DNA of 32,000 nt, taken from positions 735,776 to 767,775 of the forward strand of contig NC_001263.1 in assembly GCF_000008565.1 (NCBI RefSeq), read 5' to 3'. Shown here in pieces: positions 7,217 to 17,193 of the stretch; the first letter of the stretch is position 1; each line of letters opens with the position of its first letter. A model generated the notes under the pieces. It searched no databases and was not told the DNA's origin. It saw only the letters and a list, made by a program, of their open reading frames with translations. This DNA comes from Deinococcus radiodurans R1 = ATCC 13939 = DSM 20539. Lineage in GTDB: Bacteria; Deinococcota; Deinococci; Deinococcales; Deinococcaceae. Made by a program: the position numbers and the translations under genes.

Positions 7217-8455
7217 ATGCTGAAAAAGATTCTGACGCTCGGTCTGCTGTGCAGTGCCCCGGCCCTCGCCCAGAGTGTGCGCCTGCCCGACGTGGATTGC
7301 AGCCGCACGCCCCAGAACGCCCGCTGCACCTTTCGCGGAGGCGCCAACGCTGGCGGCTCGGTGGGCGAGGGCTGGCCGTTTTTGACCGGCGGCCTCGGTG
7401 AGTCGGTGGGCAGCGGGTTTGTCAATGCCCAGGAAAACGCCCTTTACGTGCCCTCGGAAGTGGGGGTGCAGAAGGACCGCCTCGGCGGCGTGGTGCGCGT
7501 GGACCTGGCGACGGGCAACCGCACACTGGTGAGCGGCGCGCTCGACGCCACCGTCAGCCGGGGCAGCGGCGTGGCCTGGAACGGTCCGCGCGGCGAGAAG
7601 GCCACCCTGTACGAACTCGGGCGGGTGCGGGCCGTGCGCCCCGGCCCCGGCGGCACCATCTACGCGCTGGTGGACAAGGGCAGCACCGAGCGCACCGAGG
7701 TCTTGCAGATCGACCCCAAGACCGGCAACCGCAACATCGTGTGGGCCAACAAGGTGGCCGACGACGGTTACGACCCCGTCGCCGAGCCGCGCTCCATCAA
7801 GGCGCTCGAACTGAAACAGGGGATCAACGAGGCGACCCTCTGCGAGCGCTTCAAGCCCAGTTGGTCGTTCGAGACTGACGGCAAGAACCTGTATTTCTTC
7901 TTCGAGAAAGAAGGCCTGGCGCGCGTGCAGCCCGGCGGCAAGTGCGAGTGGGTCAGCCGCTACACCGCCAGCGGCGACAGCGTAACCGGCTCGGGGCCGT
8001 CGTTCGGGACTTTCATGGGCTACTGGACGGTCATGCAGGGCCAGAACGTCGCCGTGGTCGGCGGGCCGAGCATCGACGCGCTGGTGTCGTTCGACACCCG
8101 GACCGGCGAGCGGCGCTTCATCAGCCGCCACGACAACGTGCCCGCCAAGCGCATCGGCAAGAACGACGTGTTCGTGGGCTACAGCGGCGCCCCGGCCTTC
8201 AACGGCAAGGTCTTTGCGACCACCGGCTACGTCGGCTTCGAGAGCCCCTTCCTGACCATCATCGACCCCAAGACCGGCGACCGCACCGCCATCGAAGACT
8301 GGAAGGGCAGCCTCAGCGGCTCGGCGGGCGGGCGCAGCAGCGAGATGCAGGTGGTGGCTGCGCTGCCGGGCCGCGACGAGTTCATCCTGTACTACAACGG
8401 CGCCCTGCACGTCGCCAACCCCAAGACCGGCAACAGCTACGTGCTGAGCCAGTAA
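7217..8455 (+). CDS. secreted repeat protein, probably a beta-propeller (hypothetical)
   Basis: A GAAAGGA RBS-like sequence precedes the ATG. The signal peptide is MLKKILTLGLLCSAPALA/QS. The motif [DN]-x-x-T-G-[NDE]-[RS] recurs five times (VDLATGNRT, IDPKTGNRN, FDTRTGERR, IDPKTGDRT, ANPKTGNSY). There are four Cys residues. Confidence 0.7.
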   Translation: MLKKILTLGLLCSAPALAQSVRLPDVDCSRTPQNARCTFRGGANAGGSVGEGWPFLTGGLGESVGSGFVNAQENALYVPSEVGVQKDRLGGVVRVDLATGNRTLVSGALDATVSRGSGVAWNGPRGEKATLYELGRVRAVRPGPGGTIYALVDKGSTERTEVLQIDPKTGNRNIVWANKVADDGYDPVAEPRSIKALELKQGINEATLCERFKPSWSFETDGKNLYFFFEKEGLARVQPGGKCEWVSRYTASGDSVTGSGPSFGTFMGYWTVMQGQNVAVVGGPSIDALVSFDTRTGERRFISRHDNVPAKRIGKNDVFVGYSGAPAFNGKVFATTGYVGFESPFLTIIDPKTGDRTAIEDWKGSLSGSAGGRSSEMQVVAALPGRDEFILYYNGALHVANPKTGNSYVLSQ

Positions 8456-8467
8456 CTCTGGCGGGGG

Positions 8468-8510
8468 CCAGGGCCGAGTCTCCCAACGCGGAGACGCGGC
8501 TCTGGTTTTT
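8468..8510 (+). terminator. Rho-independent terminator of the propeller-like gene
   Basis: CCAGGGCCGAGTCTCC (8468-8483) pairs with GGAGACGCGGCTCTGG (8490-8505) at 14 of 16 positions. TTTTT follows at 8506-8510. Confidence 0.8.
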
Positions 8511-8561
8511 GTGTGCCGGGTGTCCCTTCGCCGCTGAGGGCACATTGTGGCTGCGGGACGT

Positions 8562-8567
8562 TAAACT
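8562..8567 (+). promoter_or_regulatory. -10 box TAAACT, leaderless-type promoter
   Basis: TAAACT lies 7 nt upstream of the ATG at 8575. Confidence 0.45.
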
Positions 8568-8574
8568 GCCTCAA

Positions 8575-8964
<390 letters not shown>

Positions 8965-8980
8965 CCACAGCAGAGCGAAG

Positions 8981-9012
8981 TGGGCGGAAAGTCAGTCTCT
9001 CCGCCCGCTTTT
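8981..9012. terminator. terminator hairpin between convergent genes
   Basis: GGGCGGA (8981-8987) pairs with TCCGCCC (8999-9005), and a T-run follows at 9008-9012. Confidence 0.65.
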
Positions 9013-9024
9013 TCTACTTTGCCT

Positions 9025-9936
9025 TCATTTCCCACTGCTCAGTGCCGCCACTTCCTCCCGCGTCGGCGCGTACGCCCCGGCATGAGCGCAGGTCACGGAG
9101 GCGGCCCCCAGCCCGAAGCGCAGGTGCTCAGTCCACAGGGCGTCGGGGCGCTCGGTGGCGCTCACCAATAGTCCGGCACACAGACTGTCGCCCGCGCCCA
9201 CCGTGTCGGCAACCTCCACCGGCACCGTGGGCAGGTCCACCCGCCCGGCGCTGTGGTACAGGCTCGCCCCCGCCGCCCCGCGCGTGACCACAATGGGGCA
9301 GCGCGGATTGAGCCCGCGCAATTCCTGCAACGCCTGCGCCTCGCTCGCGCCGGGGAAGAAAAAGGCGAGGTCCTCATCACTGAACTTGAGGAGGTCGGCC
9401 CGCTTGGTCACGGCGGCGAACACAGCCGGGTAGTCGGGGTGACGGTGGGCAATGCGGGCGTTGGGGTCGAAACTGATGCGGACGCCTGCCGCCCGCGCCG
9501 CCTCGATGACCCCGAGCAGCGTGTCGGCGAGCGGCCAGCGGGCGAGGCTGATGCCGCCTACGTGCAGCCAGCGGGCGGCGCCGAGCCAGCCGCCGGGGAG
9601 CCGGGTGGGGTCGAAGTGCAGGTCGGCGCTGTTTTCACCCAGAAAGCGGTACTGCGGGGGCCGGGTGCTGTACACCACCGCCATCAGAGTGGGGGCGGGT
9701 ACGCGCTGCAAAAAGCGGGGGTCGAGGCCCGCTTCCAGCGACTCGCGGTGCAGGTCGTCTCCGAAGTTGTCCTGCCCCACCGCGCCCGCGAAGGCGCTCG
9801 GCACTCCCAGGCGGGCGCAGGCGCGGGCCACGTTCCAGCCCGCGCCGCCGGGGTGGGCGTGCCAGGTGTTGCCCCCGGCGGTCACGAGGTCGGTCAGCGC
9901 TTCGCCCGCGCTCACGATCAGGGGCAGAGAGGTCAT
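9025..9936 (-). CDS. PfkB-family carbohydrate kinase (fructokinase-like)
   Basis: 303 aa with [28 protein letters not shown] and the C-terminal [14 protein letters not shown] PfkB signature. A minus-strand TATCCT box (9943-9948) lies 6 nt before the ATG. Confidence 0.85.
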   Translation of the reverse strand: MTSLPLIVSAGEALTDLVTAGGNTWHAHPGGAGWNVARACARLGVPSAFAGAVGQDNFGDDLHRESLEAGLDPRFLQRVPAPTLMAVVYSTRPPQYRFLGENSADLHFDPTRLPGGWLGAARWLHVGGISLARWPLADTLLGVIEAARAAGVRISFDPNARIAHRHPDYPAVFAAVTKRADLLKFSDEDLAFFFPGASEAQALQELRGLNPRCPIVVTRGAAGASLYHSAGRVDLPTVPVEVADTVGAGDSLCAGLLVSATERPDALWTEHLRFGLGAASVTCAHAGAYAPTREEVAALSSGK

Positions 9937-9942
9937 CCGCGC

Positions 9943-9948
9943 AGGATA
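9943..9948 (-). promoter_or_regulatory. -10 box TATCCT (minus strand), leaderless-type promoter of the PfkB kinase gene
   Basis: The hexamer is 6 nt upstream of the ATG at 9936. Confidence 0.4.
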
Positions 9949-10021
9949 CGGGCGCCCCGGCCCCAGGCGGTAGACCCCCGGCCTACCTGCCGGCGTGGGG
10001 GCCAGGGGAGGGGAGAGGCGC

Positions 10022-10705
10022 TCAGCTCGTGGCTTTTTTCAGTTCGGCCAGCAGTTCGGCGGGGTCGCTCAGCACGTGGCTTTCGGTGCTCAGGCCCGGC
10101 GAGCCCCCAGCGCGCAGCACCACGCAGGCGACGCCGGCAGCGCGGGCGGCGCGGGCGTCGTAGGTGGTGTCGCCCACGAACAGGGCCTGCTCGGCGCTGA
10201 CCCCCGCCTTGGCGAGCGCGGCCTGCAACACGTCGGGCTCGGGCTTGGTCTGCTGCACCTCGTCGGAGCGCACCCGCACCGGTACGAGGTCGCTCACGCC
10301 GATCTGCTCGAGCAGCGCGTCCACGATTTCGTCCTCGCCGCTCGATGCGAGCACCACTTTCAGCCCCTGGTCGTGCGCCCATTCGAGCAGATCACGGGCG
10401 CCGCCAATCATGGCAATGTCGGGAATCAGCGGCCCGAAATGGTCCTGCCAGCCCTGCACCAGCGCTTTGCCGAGGTCGCTCTTGTCGCTCTCGCCGGTCA
10501 GCGCGGGCACGAGCTGGTCGCCGCCCATGCCGATCAGGGGCCGCACCTCGCTTTCCTCGCGGGTGATCTGCTCATCGGCCAGGGCCTCCACCCAGGCGCG
10601 GGCGTGGGCGCCGTTGGAGTCGGCCAGGGTGCCATCGAGGTCGAGCAGCAGCGCCCGCAGGTCTTCGACGGCGGGCAGCAGGGGCGTTTGAGGGGCAAGG
10701 CGCAT
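10022..10705 (-). CDS. HAD-superfamily hydrolase (subfamily IA, phosphatase/phosphoglucomutase-like)
   Basis: I start the gene at the ATG at 10705 ([30 protein letters not shown], the DxDGT motif I). Later motifs LASSG and GDTTYD are present. The longer tracked ORF (to 11038) overlaps the divergent SDR gene. Confidence 0.85.
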   Translation of the reverse strand: MRLAPQTPLLPAVEDLRALLLDLDGTLADSNGAHARAWVEALADEQITREESEVRPLIGMGGDQLVPALTGESDKSDLGKALVQGWQDHFGPLIPDIAMIGGARDLLEWAHDQGLKVVLASSGEDEIVDALLEQIGVSDLVPVRVRSDEVQQTKPEPDVLQAALAKAGVSAEQALFVGDTTYDARAARAAGVACVVLRAGGSPGLSTESHVLSDPAELLAELKKATS

Positions 10706-10713
10706 ACCGGCGT

Positions 10714-10719
10714 ACCTTA
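10714..10719 (-). promoter_or_regulatory. -10 box TAAGGT (minus strand), leaderless-type promoter of the HAD gene
   Basis: The hexamer is 8 nt upstream of the ATG at 10705. Confidence 0.35.
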
Positions 10720-10799
10720 CGCCTTGCCGTCTGGGGCCGGACTTCGGCAAACCTTGAGTGAACGGGGAAGGAGACCTGCGGCCTGCCCACACTGGGGCC

Positions 10800-11555
10800 A
10801 TGTCAAGCGAATCGAGTTCTCCTCTGGTGGTCGTGACGGGCGCGGCGCGCGGCATCGGGCGGGCCATTGCCGAGCTGTACGTGGAGCGCGGGCACCCGGT
10901 GCTCGGCGTGGACCTCAGCCTGCCGCCTGTACTGCGGGGCCAGCGCCGCGTCAAGGCGGACATCGCCACCGCCGCTGGCCGCGCCCGCATCCTCAAGGCG
11001 GCGCGCGAACACGGCGAGGTCAGCGTGCTGGTCAACAACGCCGCCTATCAGGACGCGCACGGCAGTGTGCTGGAGGTCAGCGAACGCGGCTGGGCCCGTA
11101 CCCTGAACGTCAATCTGACCGCGCCGCTGCTGCTCACGCGCGAGCTTATCGAGTTGCTTCCGTCCGGCAGCGCGGTAGTCAACGTCGCCAGCGTGCAGGG
11201 CCTCTTCGCCGAGCAGGGCAACGCCGCCTACAACGCCTCCAAGGGCGGCCTCGTTAACCTGACCCGCGCCATGTGCCTCGACCTCGCGCCGCGCGGCCTG
11301 CGGGTGAACGCGGTGGCTCCCGGCGCGATTGCCACCGAGGCCGTCTTGCAGGCGATTGCCGGGAGCGGGGACCCCGAGCAGACCCGGCGCGACTACGAAG
11401 ACCTGCACGCGCTGCGCCGCCTGGGCACCCCGCGTGAGGTCGCGCAACTGGTGTATTTCCTCGGCAGCCCCGAGGCGAGCTTCCTGACCGGGGCCATTGT
11501 GCCGGTAGACGGCGGCATGACGGCCAGTTTCATGATGGCGGGGCGGCCTGTTTAA
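10800..11555 (+). CDS. short-chain dehydrogenase/reductase (SDR) family oxidoreductase
   Basis: [24 protein letters not shown] carries the TGxxxGIG Rossmann motif. NNAA and YNASK (YxxxK) are also present. The start could instead be the GTG at 10758. Confidence 0.85.
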   Translation: MSSESSSPLVVVTGAARGIGRAIAELYVERGHPVLGVDLSLPPVLRGQRRVKADIATAAGRARILKAAREHGEVSVLVNNAAYQDAHGSVLEVSERGWARTLNVNLTAPLLLTRELIELLPSGSAVVNVASVQGLFAEQGNAAYNASKGGLVNLTRAMCLDLAPRGLRVNAVAPGAIATEAVLQAIAGSGDPEQTRRDYEDLHALRRLGTPREVAQLVYFLGSPEASFLTGAIVPVDGGMTASFMMAGRPV

Positions 11556-11558
11556 ACC

Positions 11559-11972
11559 TCAACCCAGCCGCAGTGCGGGCAGCCAGCGGCGCTTGATCTG
11601 AGCGAGCGCCTCGCCGAACTGTTCCAGATTGAACGCCTTGACCACGTAGCCGTTCGCGCCGTGGGCGTAGGACGCCTGCTGGTCGCGCTCCTCACTGCTG
11701 GTGGTGAGCATGACGACCGGGATGTCGCGGGTTTCTTCTCCCGCCCGCAGCGCGTCGAGTATTTCGAGGCCGTTCATCTGCGGCATGTTCAGGTCGAGCA
11801 GGATCAGGTCTGGCCGCTTCTCCGGGCAGTCGCACCGCTCCAGAAAGTCGAGCGCCTCGCGGCCACTGGTCGTGACTTTGACTTTGGCGCCGCTGCCCAC
11901 CTCCAGGGCGAGCAGGGTCAGTTCGACATCGTGCGGATTATCGTCAACCAGCAGGATCGAGCAGTGGTCCAT
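11559..11972 (-). CDS. single-domain CheY-like response regulator (receiver only)
   Basis: 137 aa with ILLVDDNPHDVEL, PDLILLDLNMPQMNG and GANGYVVKAF. A GGAGG RBS lies 7 nt upstream on the minus strand. Confidence 0.88.
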   Translation of the reverse strand: MDHCSILLVDDNPHDVELTLLALEVGSGAKVKVTTSGREALDFLERCDCPEKRPDLILLDLNMPQMNGLEILDALRAGEETRDIPVVMLTTSSEERDQQASYAHGANGYVVKAFNLEQFGEALAQIKRRWLPALRLG

Positions 11973-12100
11973 GAGTGGGCCTCCAGAACCTCATTATCTA
12001 AAAGAAGAGTCAAGGTTTCGTGAACACATTGTGACATGACGGCGGGTCAAAAACGCTCTGCCGATCTGCACAACGCGTCGGCGCCGGGCGCGGGGCCGCT

Positions 12101-12898
<798 letters not shown>

Positions 12899-12942
12899 AA
12901 CCGCGTGCCCGCTGACCTTTTTGCCCCCACGGAGGATGTGCC

Positions 12943-13599
12943 ATGACCGACCTGTCCGAACTCAACTTTGACCCCAGCGGCCTGATTCCCGTCGTCACCC
13001 AGGACGCCCGCAGCGGCGCGGTGCTGATGCAGGCTTACGCCGACCGCGCCGCCGTGGAGCGCACCCTGGACACCCGCGAGGCGACCTATTACAGCCGTTC
13101 ACGCGGGGAACAGTGGGTCAAGGGTCAGACCAGCGGCCACACCCAGCGCGTGGTGAGCGTGCACGTAGACTGCGACGGCGACAGCCTGCTCTACCGGGTG
13201 GAACAGACCGGCCCGGCGTGTCACACCGGGGAATATTCGTGCTTTTACCGCCCCCTGTTGGAAGACGATGCACCGGACACCGGACTCGACGGCACGCTGG
13301 AGCGCGTGTACGCGACCATCACTGAGCGCCTCGCCACCCTGCCGGAGGGCAGTTACGTGGCGCGGCTGCACGCGGGGGGTCTCGACCGGGTGCTGAAAAA
13401 AATCAGCGAGGAAGCGGGCGAAGTCCTGCTCGCCGCCAAGAACGCCGACCGCGCCGAACTCGCCACCGAGACCGCCGACCTGCTGTTTCACACGCTGTTC
13501 GCCCTCGCCGAGGTGGGCGTCTCTCCCGCCGACGTGGCCGCCGTGCTGCAAGGGCGCGAGGGCAAAAGCGGGCTGAAGGGGCCGAAGGAAGTGGGCTGA
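12943..13599 (+). CDS. hisI: bifunctional phosphoribosyl-AMP cyclohydrolase / phosphoribosyl-ATP pyrophosphatase
   Basis: A GGAGG RBS lies 7 nt upstream. The HisI part includes [17 protein letters not shown] and [20 protein letters not shown]. The HisE part includes [16 protein letters not shown] and ETADLLFH. Confidence 0.92.
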   Translation: MTDLSELNFDPSGLIPVVTQDARSGAVLMQAYADRAAVERTLDTREATYYSRSRGEQWVKGQTSGHTQRVVSVHVDCDGDSLLYRVEQTGPACHTGEYSCFYRPLLEDDAPDTGLDGTLERVYATITERLATLPEGSYVARLHAGGLDRVLKKISEEAGEVLLAAKNADRAELATETADLLFHTLFALAEVGVSPADVAAVLQGREGKSGLKGPKEVG

Positions 13600-13602
13600 A
13601 CT

Positions 13603-13821
13603 TCAGCCTTCCTCCGCTGCCCGCAGTCGTTCGCCCCGCTGATAAAAGTCCCAGCATTCCGCCGTCCACGTCGCGTAGATGAGGCGGCGGTTTTGTGCGT
13701 CGGCGGCCTCCAGCGCTTGCCCCAGCGCCCGGTAGAAGCGGCTGCCCTGCTCCTGCATGGCGCGGGCAATCCAGTACGGCTCGGCGGCGAGCAGCGTCGG
13801 GAGCGGGTCGGTGGGGGTCAT
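13603..13821 (-). CDS. small hypothetical protein (72 aa)
   Basis: I start the gene at the ATG at 13821 (MTPTDPLPTLLAAEPYWIARAMQEQGSRFYRALGQALEAADAQNRRLIYATW...). A minus-strand TATGCT box (13828-13833) sits 6 nt upstream. I recognise no domain. Confidence 0.5.
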   Translation of the reverse strand: MTPTDPLPTLLAAEPYWIARAMQEQGSRFYRALGQALEAADAQNRRLIYATWTAECWDFYQRGERLRAAEEG

Positions 13822-13827
13822 GGGGGG

Positions 13828-13833
13828 AGCATA
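13828..13833 (-). promoter_or_regulatory. -10 box TATGCT (minus strand), leaderless-type promoter of the 72-aa gene
   Basis: The hexamer is 6 nt (CCCCCC) upstream of the ATG at 13821. Confidence 0.4.
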
Positions 13834-13870
13834 AGGCGCAACTGTCCGCCACGGCACAGACCTGACCCGA

Positions 13871-13894
13871 ATAAGTGAGCCTATACTCACTTAT
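13871..13894. promoter_or_regulatory. perfect 9-6-9 palindrome (probable TetR operator) covering the -10 box and start codon of the efflux-locus TetR gene
   Basis: ATAAGTGAG (13871-13879), CCTATA, CTCACTTAT (13886-13894). It contains TATACT (13882-13887), which lies 5 nt from the ATG at 13893. Confidence 0.65.
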
Positions 13895-14564
13895 GGCAAG
13901 GCCCCGCACCATTACCGACGAACGGCTGCTGGCGGCGGCGCGTGAGGTCTTTCTGGAACAGGGGGTGTCGGCCACCACCTCGGCCATCGCGCGGCGGGCG
14001 GAGGTGTCGGAAGGCACGCTGTTCAAGCGCTTTGCGACCAAGGAAGAACTGTTCGAGGCCGCGATGGGCCTGCACGAGTACGCCCGCTGGCGCACTGAGC
14101 TGCTCGCGCAGGTGGGGCAGGGCGACGTGCGGCTCAATCTGGAACAGGCGGCGCTCGCGCACATCGCCGAGGCCAAGCAACTCCTGCCCCACCTTACCGC
14201 CGTGTTCGCGCGGGGCTACAGTCCCGAACACAATCCGCTGCTACAACGCCTCGACAACCCGGTGCGCCACGACGCCGACGCGGTGGCCCGTTACCTGCGC
14301 GAGGAAACCGCGCTGGGCCGGGTCCGCCCGCACGACGCCGACGTGGCCGCGCTGAGCGTGGTCGGCGCCATCGGTCAGTACATCCACCGCGAGCACCTGC
14401 TTCCCCGTCAGCCGGGGCGCGAGGCGATTGACGCCGGACGCTTCGTGCGCGGGCTGTTCGACCTGCTGTGGCCGGGGCTTCAGCCCGCGTCTGTTGCTCT
14501 GGCTTCCCCGGCCAGAGAGCCTCCGGTCAAAGACCTCTCAGTCAGTAAAACCTCTGTCAGTTAA
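13893..14564 (+). CDS. TetR/AcrR family transcriptional regulator, first gene of the efflux locus
   Basis: [54 protein letters not shown] is a TetR HTH. The gene lies directly upstream of the OMF, adaptor and RND genes. Confidence 0.88.
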   Translation: MARPRTITDERLLAAAREVFLEQGVSATTSAIARRAEVSEGTLFKRFATKEELFEAAMGLHEYARWRTELLAQVGQGDVRLNLEQAALAHIAEAKQLLPHLTAVFARGYSPEHNPLLQRLDNPVRHDADAVARYLREETALGRVRPHDADVAALSVVGAIGQYIHREHLLPRQPGREAIDAGRFVRGLFDLLWPGLQPASVALASPAREPPVKDLSVSKTSVS

Positions 14565-14604
14565 TGAGCCGCTACTTTCTTAACGCCTTTCCCCGCTTCT
14601 TCCC

Positions 14605-16100
14605 GTGAGGTTGCCCTTGAGACACCGACCCCTTCTCGCCCTGCTGTTGCCTGCCTTGCTGGGCCTGGCCGCCGCGCAGGACGCCCCCCCGCTGGCGCCG
14701 CCCGCTCCGCTTGGCGCTCCGGTCAACGCGGTGCAGCCTGCCGTTTTGACCCTGCCGCGCCTGCTGCAAGACCTCCGCACGTCGCCCGGCTGGCGGGGGG
14801 CCGACCTGACCTACCGTGCCGCCGAGCTGCAATTGCAAAGCGCCCGTGCCCGCGCGGGGCTGACCGTGCAGGCCGGGGCCAGCGCCAGCCTCAGCAAGGT
14901 GCCCTGGGACGGGGGCGACTGGGCGCTGACTCCGACCGTTACGGCGTCGTTCGCGCTGCCGGTGCTGCCCTGGTCGCCCCAGCGCGAACCGTGCGCGGGG
15001 CCGAGCGGGCGCTGAATGCCGCCGCCATCGAACTGCGCTCCTCGCGGGCGTCGCTGACGGTGCAAGCACTTCAGGCCTACGCGAACGCCCGCAACGCTGC
15101 CGCCGCCCAGCAGCTCGCCGCCGCGCAGCTCACGCTGGCTGAAACGCTGCTGAAAGTCGCGCAGGAGCAGCGCGAGCAGAACCTGATTCCGCAGGTGGCG
15201 CTGCTGGAGCGGCAGGCCGCCGCCGAGCAGGCCCGCGCCGGGGCCGAACAGGCGGGCCGGGGGCTGACCCTTGCCGCCGCGCAGCTTCTCGCGGGTGCTG
15301 GGGCGCGGCGTGACTCTGTCTGGCAACGTGGCCGACTACGCGCCCGTCAGCACGCTCGTTCCGGCGGGGGTGCTGGGACAGCCGCTCGACGCGCTCATTG
15401 CCCGCGCTCTGGCCCGGCGCCCCGAAATCGCCCGCGCTCAGGCAGGGTTGGCCGACGCGCAAGCGGCCCTCGCCACCGCTGAGCGCGACCAGAAGTTGCC
15501 CGACCTCACCGCCTCTGTCCAGGCGGGCCAGTTCGCCAGCAGCGGCGGACGCACGATGGGCGGCAGCTTCGGCCTCAAGTCGGGCACGGTCTCGGGGCAG
15601 CTCAACTTTCCGCTCAAGGAACCGACGACCAGCGTGACCGCGCCGGGGCCGGACGGAACGCCCGCATCCCGTGAAGTCGCCCTGCCGTCCGGCGTGGCAC
15701 TCAACCTCAGCGGCACCTTCACCCTACTCGGCAGTGGGCGCTCGCAGGCCACCGCGCAAGCGCAGGCGGCCACCGAACAGGCCGCCCTTGCGGTGGACAG
15801 TGTCCGGCAAGGCGTCGAACTCGAAGTCCGCTCGCGTTCGCCGACCTCGAAAACGCCCGCGACGGCCTCAGCGCCGCCCAGACCTCGCTCGCCCGCGCCG
15901 AGACTGGCCTGAGTGACGCCCGTGCCCGCGTGGACGCCGGCCTCGGCACGACCTTGGAAGTCGCGCAGGCCGACCTCGCCCTGACCCAGGCCCGCGCGTC
16001 CCTCGCCAACCTCGACGCTCAGGTGGCGCTCGCCGCTCTCAGCCTCGCGCAGGCGACCGGCGACCTCGACCCCCTGCTGCTCACCCCCACCGGAGAATGA
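14605..16100 (+). pseudogene. TolC-family outer membrane factor, reading frame broken three times
   Basis: The signal peptide is MRLPLRHRPLLALLLPALLGLAAAQ. TolC-like sequence continues across the frame sequence 1, 3, 1, 3, with switches near 14960-14992, 15270-15300 and 15829-15836. The last segment (AFADLENARDGLSAAQTSLARAE...LLLTPTGE) ends at the TGA at 16098-16100, which overlaps the next ATG as ATGA. Confidence 0.7.
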
Positions 16101-17140
16101 CCATGAAAAAAACTGCCTTCGCCCTGCTGCTCACCCTCGCCCTTGCGCCCGGCGCCGCCGCCCAGACGCGCCTTTCGCTCGCCAGCGCCGTCAGTCAGGC
16201 CCTACAAAACGGCCCCGACGTGGCGAGCGCGCGCGCCAACCTGCAAAAAGCCCAGGCCAACCTGCGGGCGGTGCGCGCCGACCCCACCTCCATCATCACC
16301 ACGCTCACCCAGGCCGAGCAGGATGCCGCCGCGCAGCTCGCCGCCTTGCAGGGGGGCAAGCTGACGGCGGCCCAGACGGTCATCAGCCAGTACGTCGCCG
16401 CGTATGAAGCTCAGGGCCGCGTTGACCTGAACCGTGCCCAGGTCGCGCTCAACGAACGCAACGTGCAGATTGCCCGCGCCCGCCTGGAAGCCCGCGTCGC
16501 CACCCAGCTCGACGTGAACCGCGCCCAGACGAGCCTCAGCAGCAACCGCCAGGAACTCGCCGACGCGCAGGCGCAGCTCCCAGTCCTCGAAGCGCAACTC
16601 GCTCGCACGCTCGGTCTGCCCGCCGGGACGAACCTGGTGCTCGCCGCGCCGCCCACGCCTCCCAAGCTGAGCGTGTCGCTCGCCACCCTTCAGAGCGGGC
16701 TCGACAAACGCCTGCCCAAACTGGTGCAGGCGGCGAACGGGGCAGCCCTCGCGCAGCTTCAGGTCAAGCTGTCGAACAACGACTACACCCCCGCCCGCAC
16801 CCTGCAAGACGCCCAGCTCGCGCTCGCCAACGCCCAGCGCACCCTGAACGACGCGACGCGGGCGAGCAGCACCGGGGTCAGCGACGCCTACCGCGCCGTG
16901 CAAAACGCCCAGCAGCAAGTGAACATCGCCCGGCAGCAGGCGACCAACGCGCAGACCGCGCTCACCCAAGCGCAGGCCCGCCTCAAGGCCGGCACCGCCG
17001 CCGCCGTCGAAGTTCAGCAGGCGCAGGTGCAGGCGCAACAGGCGCAACTCGGCGTGCAGCAGGCGCAAGACGGCCTGTGGCAGGCGCTCGCCGCGCTCGG
17101 GGCCGCGAGCGGGACGGACGTGACCGGGCTGGTGAAATAG
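16097..17140 (+). CDS. TolC-like / OMF-related secreted protein, almost entirely coiled-coil-like
   Basis: 347 aa. The signal peptide is [23 protein letters not shown]. The A/Q/L-rich helical repeats resemble TolC periplasmic helices ([31 protein letters not shown]...). The start overlaps the upstream stop as ATGA. Confidence 0.7.
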   Translation: MTMKKTAFALLLTLALAPGAAAQTRLSLASAVSQALQNGPDVASARANLQKAQANLRAVRADPTSIITTLTQAEQDAAAQLAALQGGKLTAAQTVISQYVAAYEAQGRVDLNRAQVALNERNVQIARARLEARVATQLDVNRAQTSLSSNRQELADAQAQLPVLEAQLARTLGLPAGTNLVLAAPPTPPKLSVSLATLQSGLDKRLPKLVQAANGAALAQLQVKLSNNDYTPARTLQDAQLALANAQRTLNDATRASSTGVSDAYRAVQNAQQQVNIARQQATNAQTALTQAQARLKAGTAAAVEVQQAQVQAQQAQLGVQQAQDGLWQALAALGAASGTDVTGLVK

Positions 17141-17182
17141 TGGGGACTGGTGAAATAGTGGGGGCTGGTGAAGTAGTGGGCG
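17129..17182 (+). repeat. 3 x 18-bp tandem repeat spanning the stop codon of the OMF-like gene
   Basis: The three units are CTGGTGAAATAGTGGGGA, CTGGTGAAATAGTGGGGG and CTGGTGAAGTAGTGGGCG. Unit 1 contains the last codons and stop (L V K TAG) of the gene. Confidence 0.9.
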
Positions 17183-17193
17183 GCCCTCTTCAG

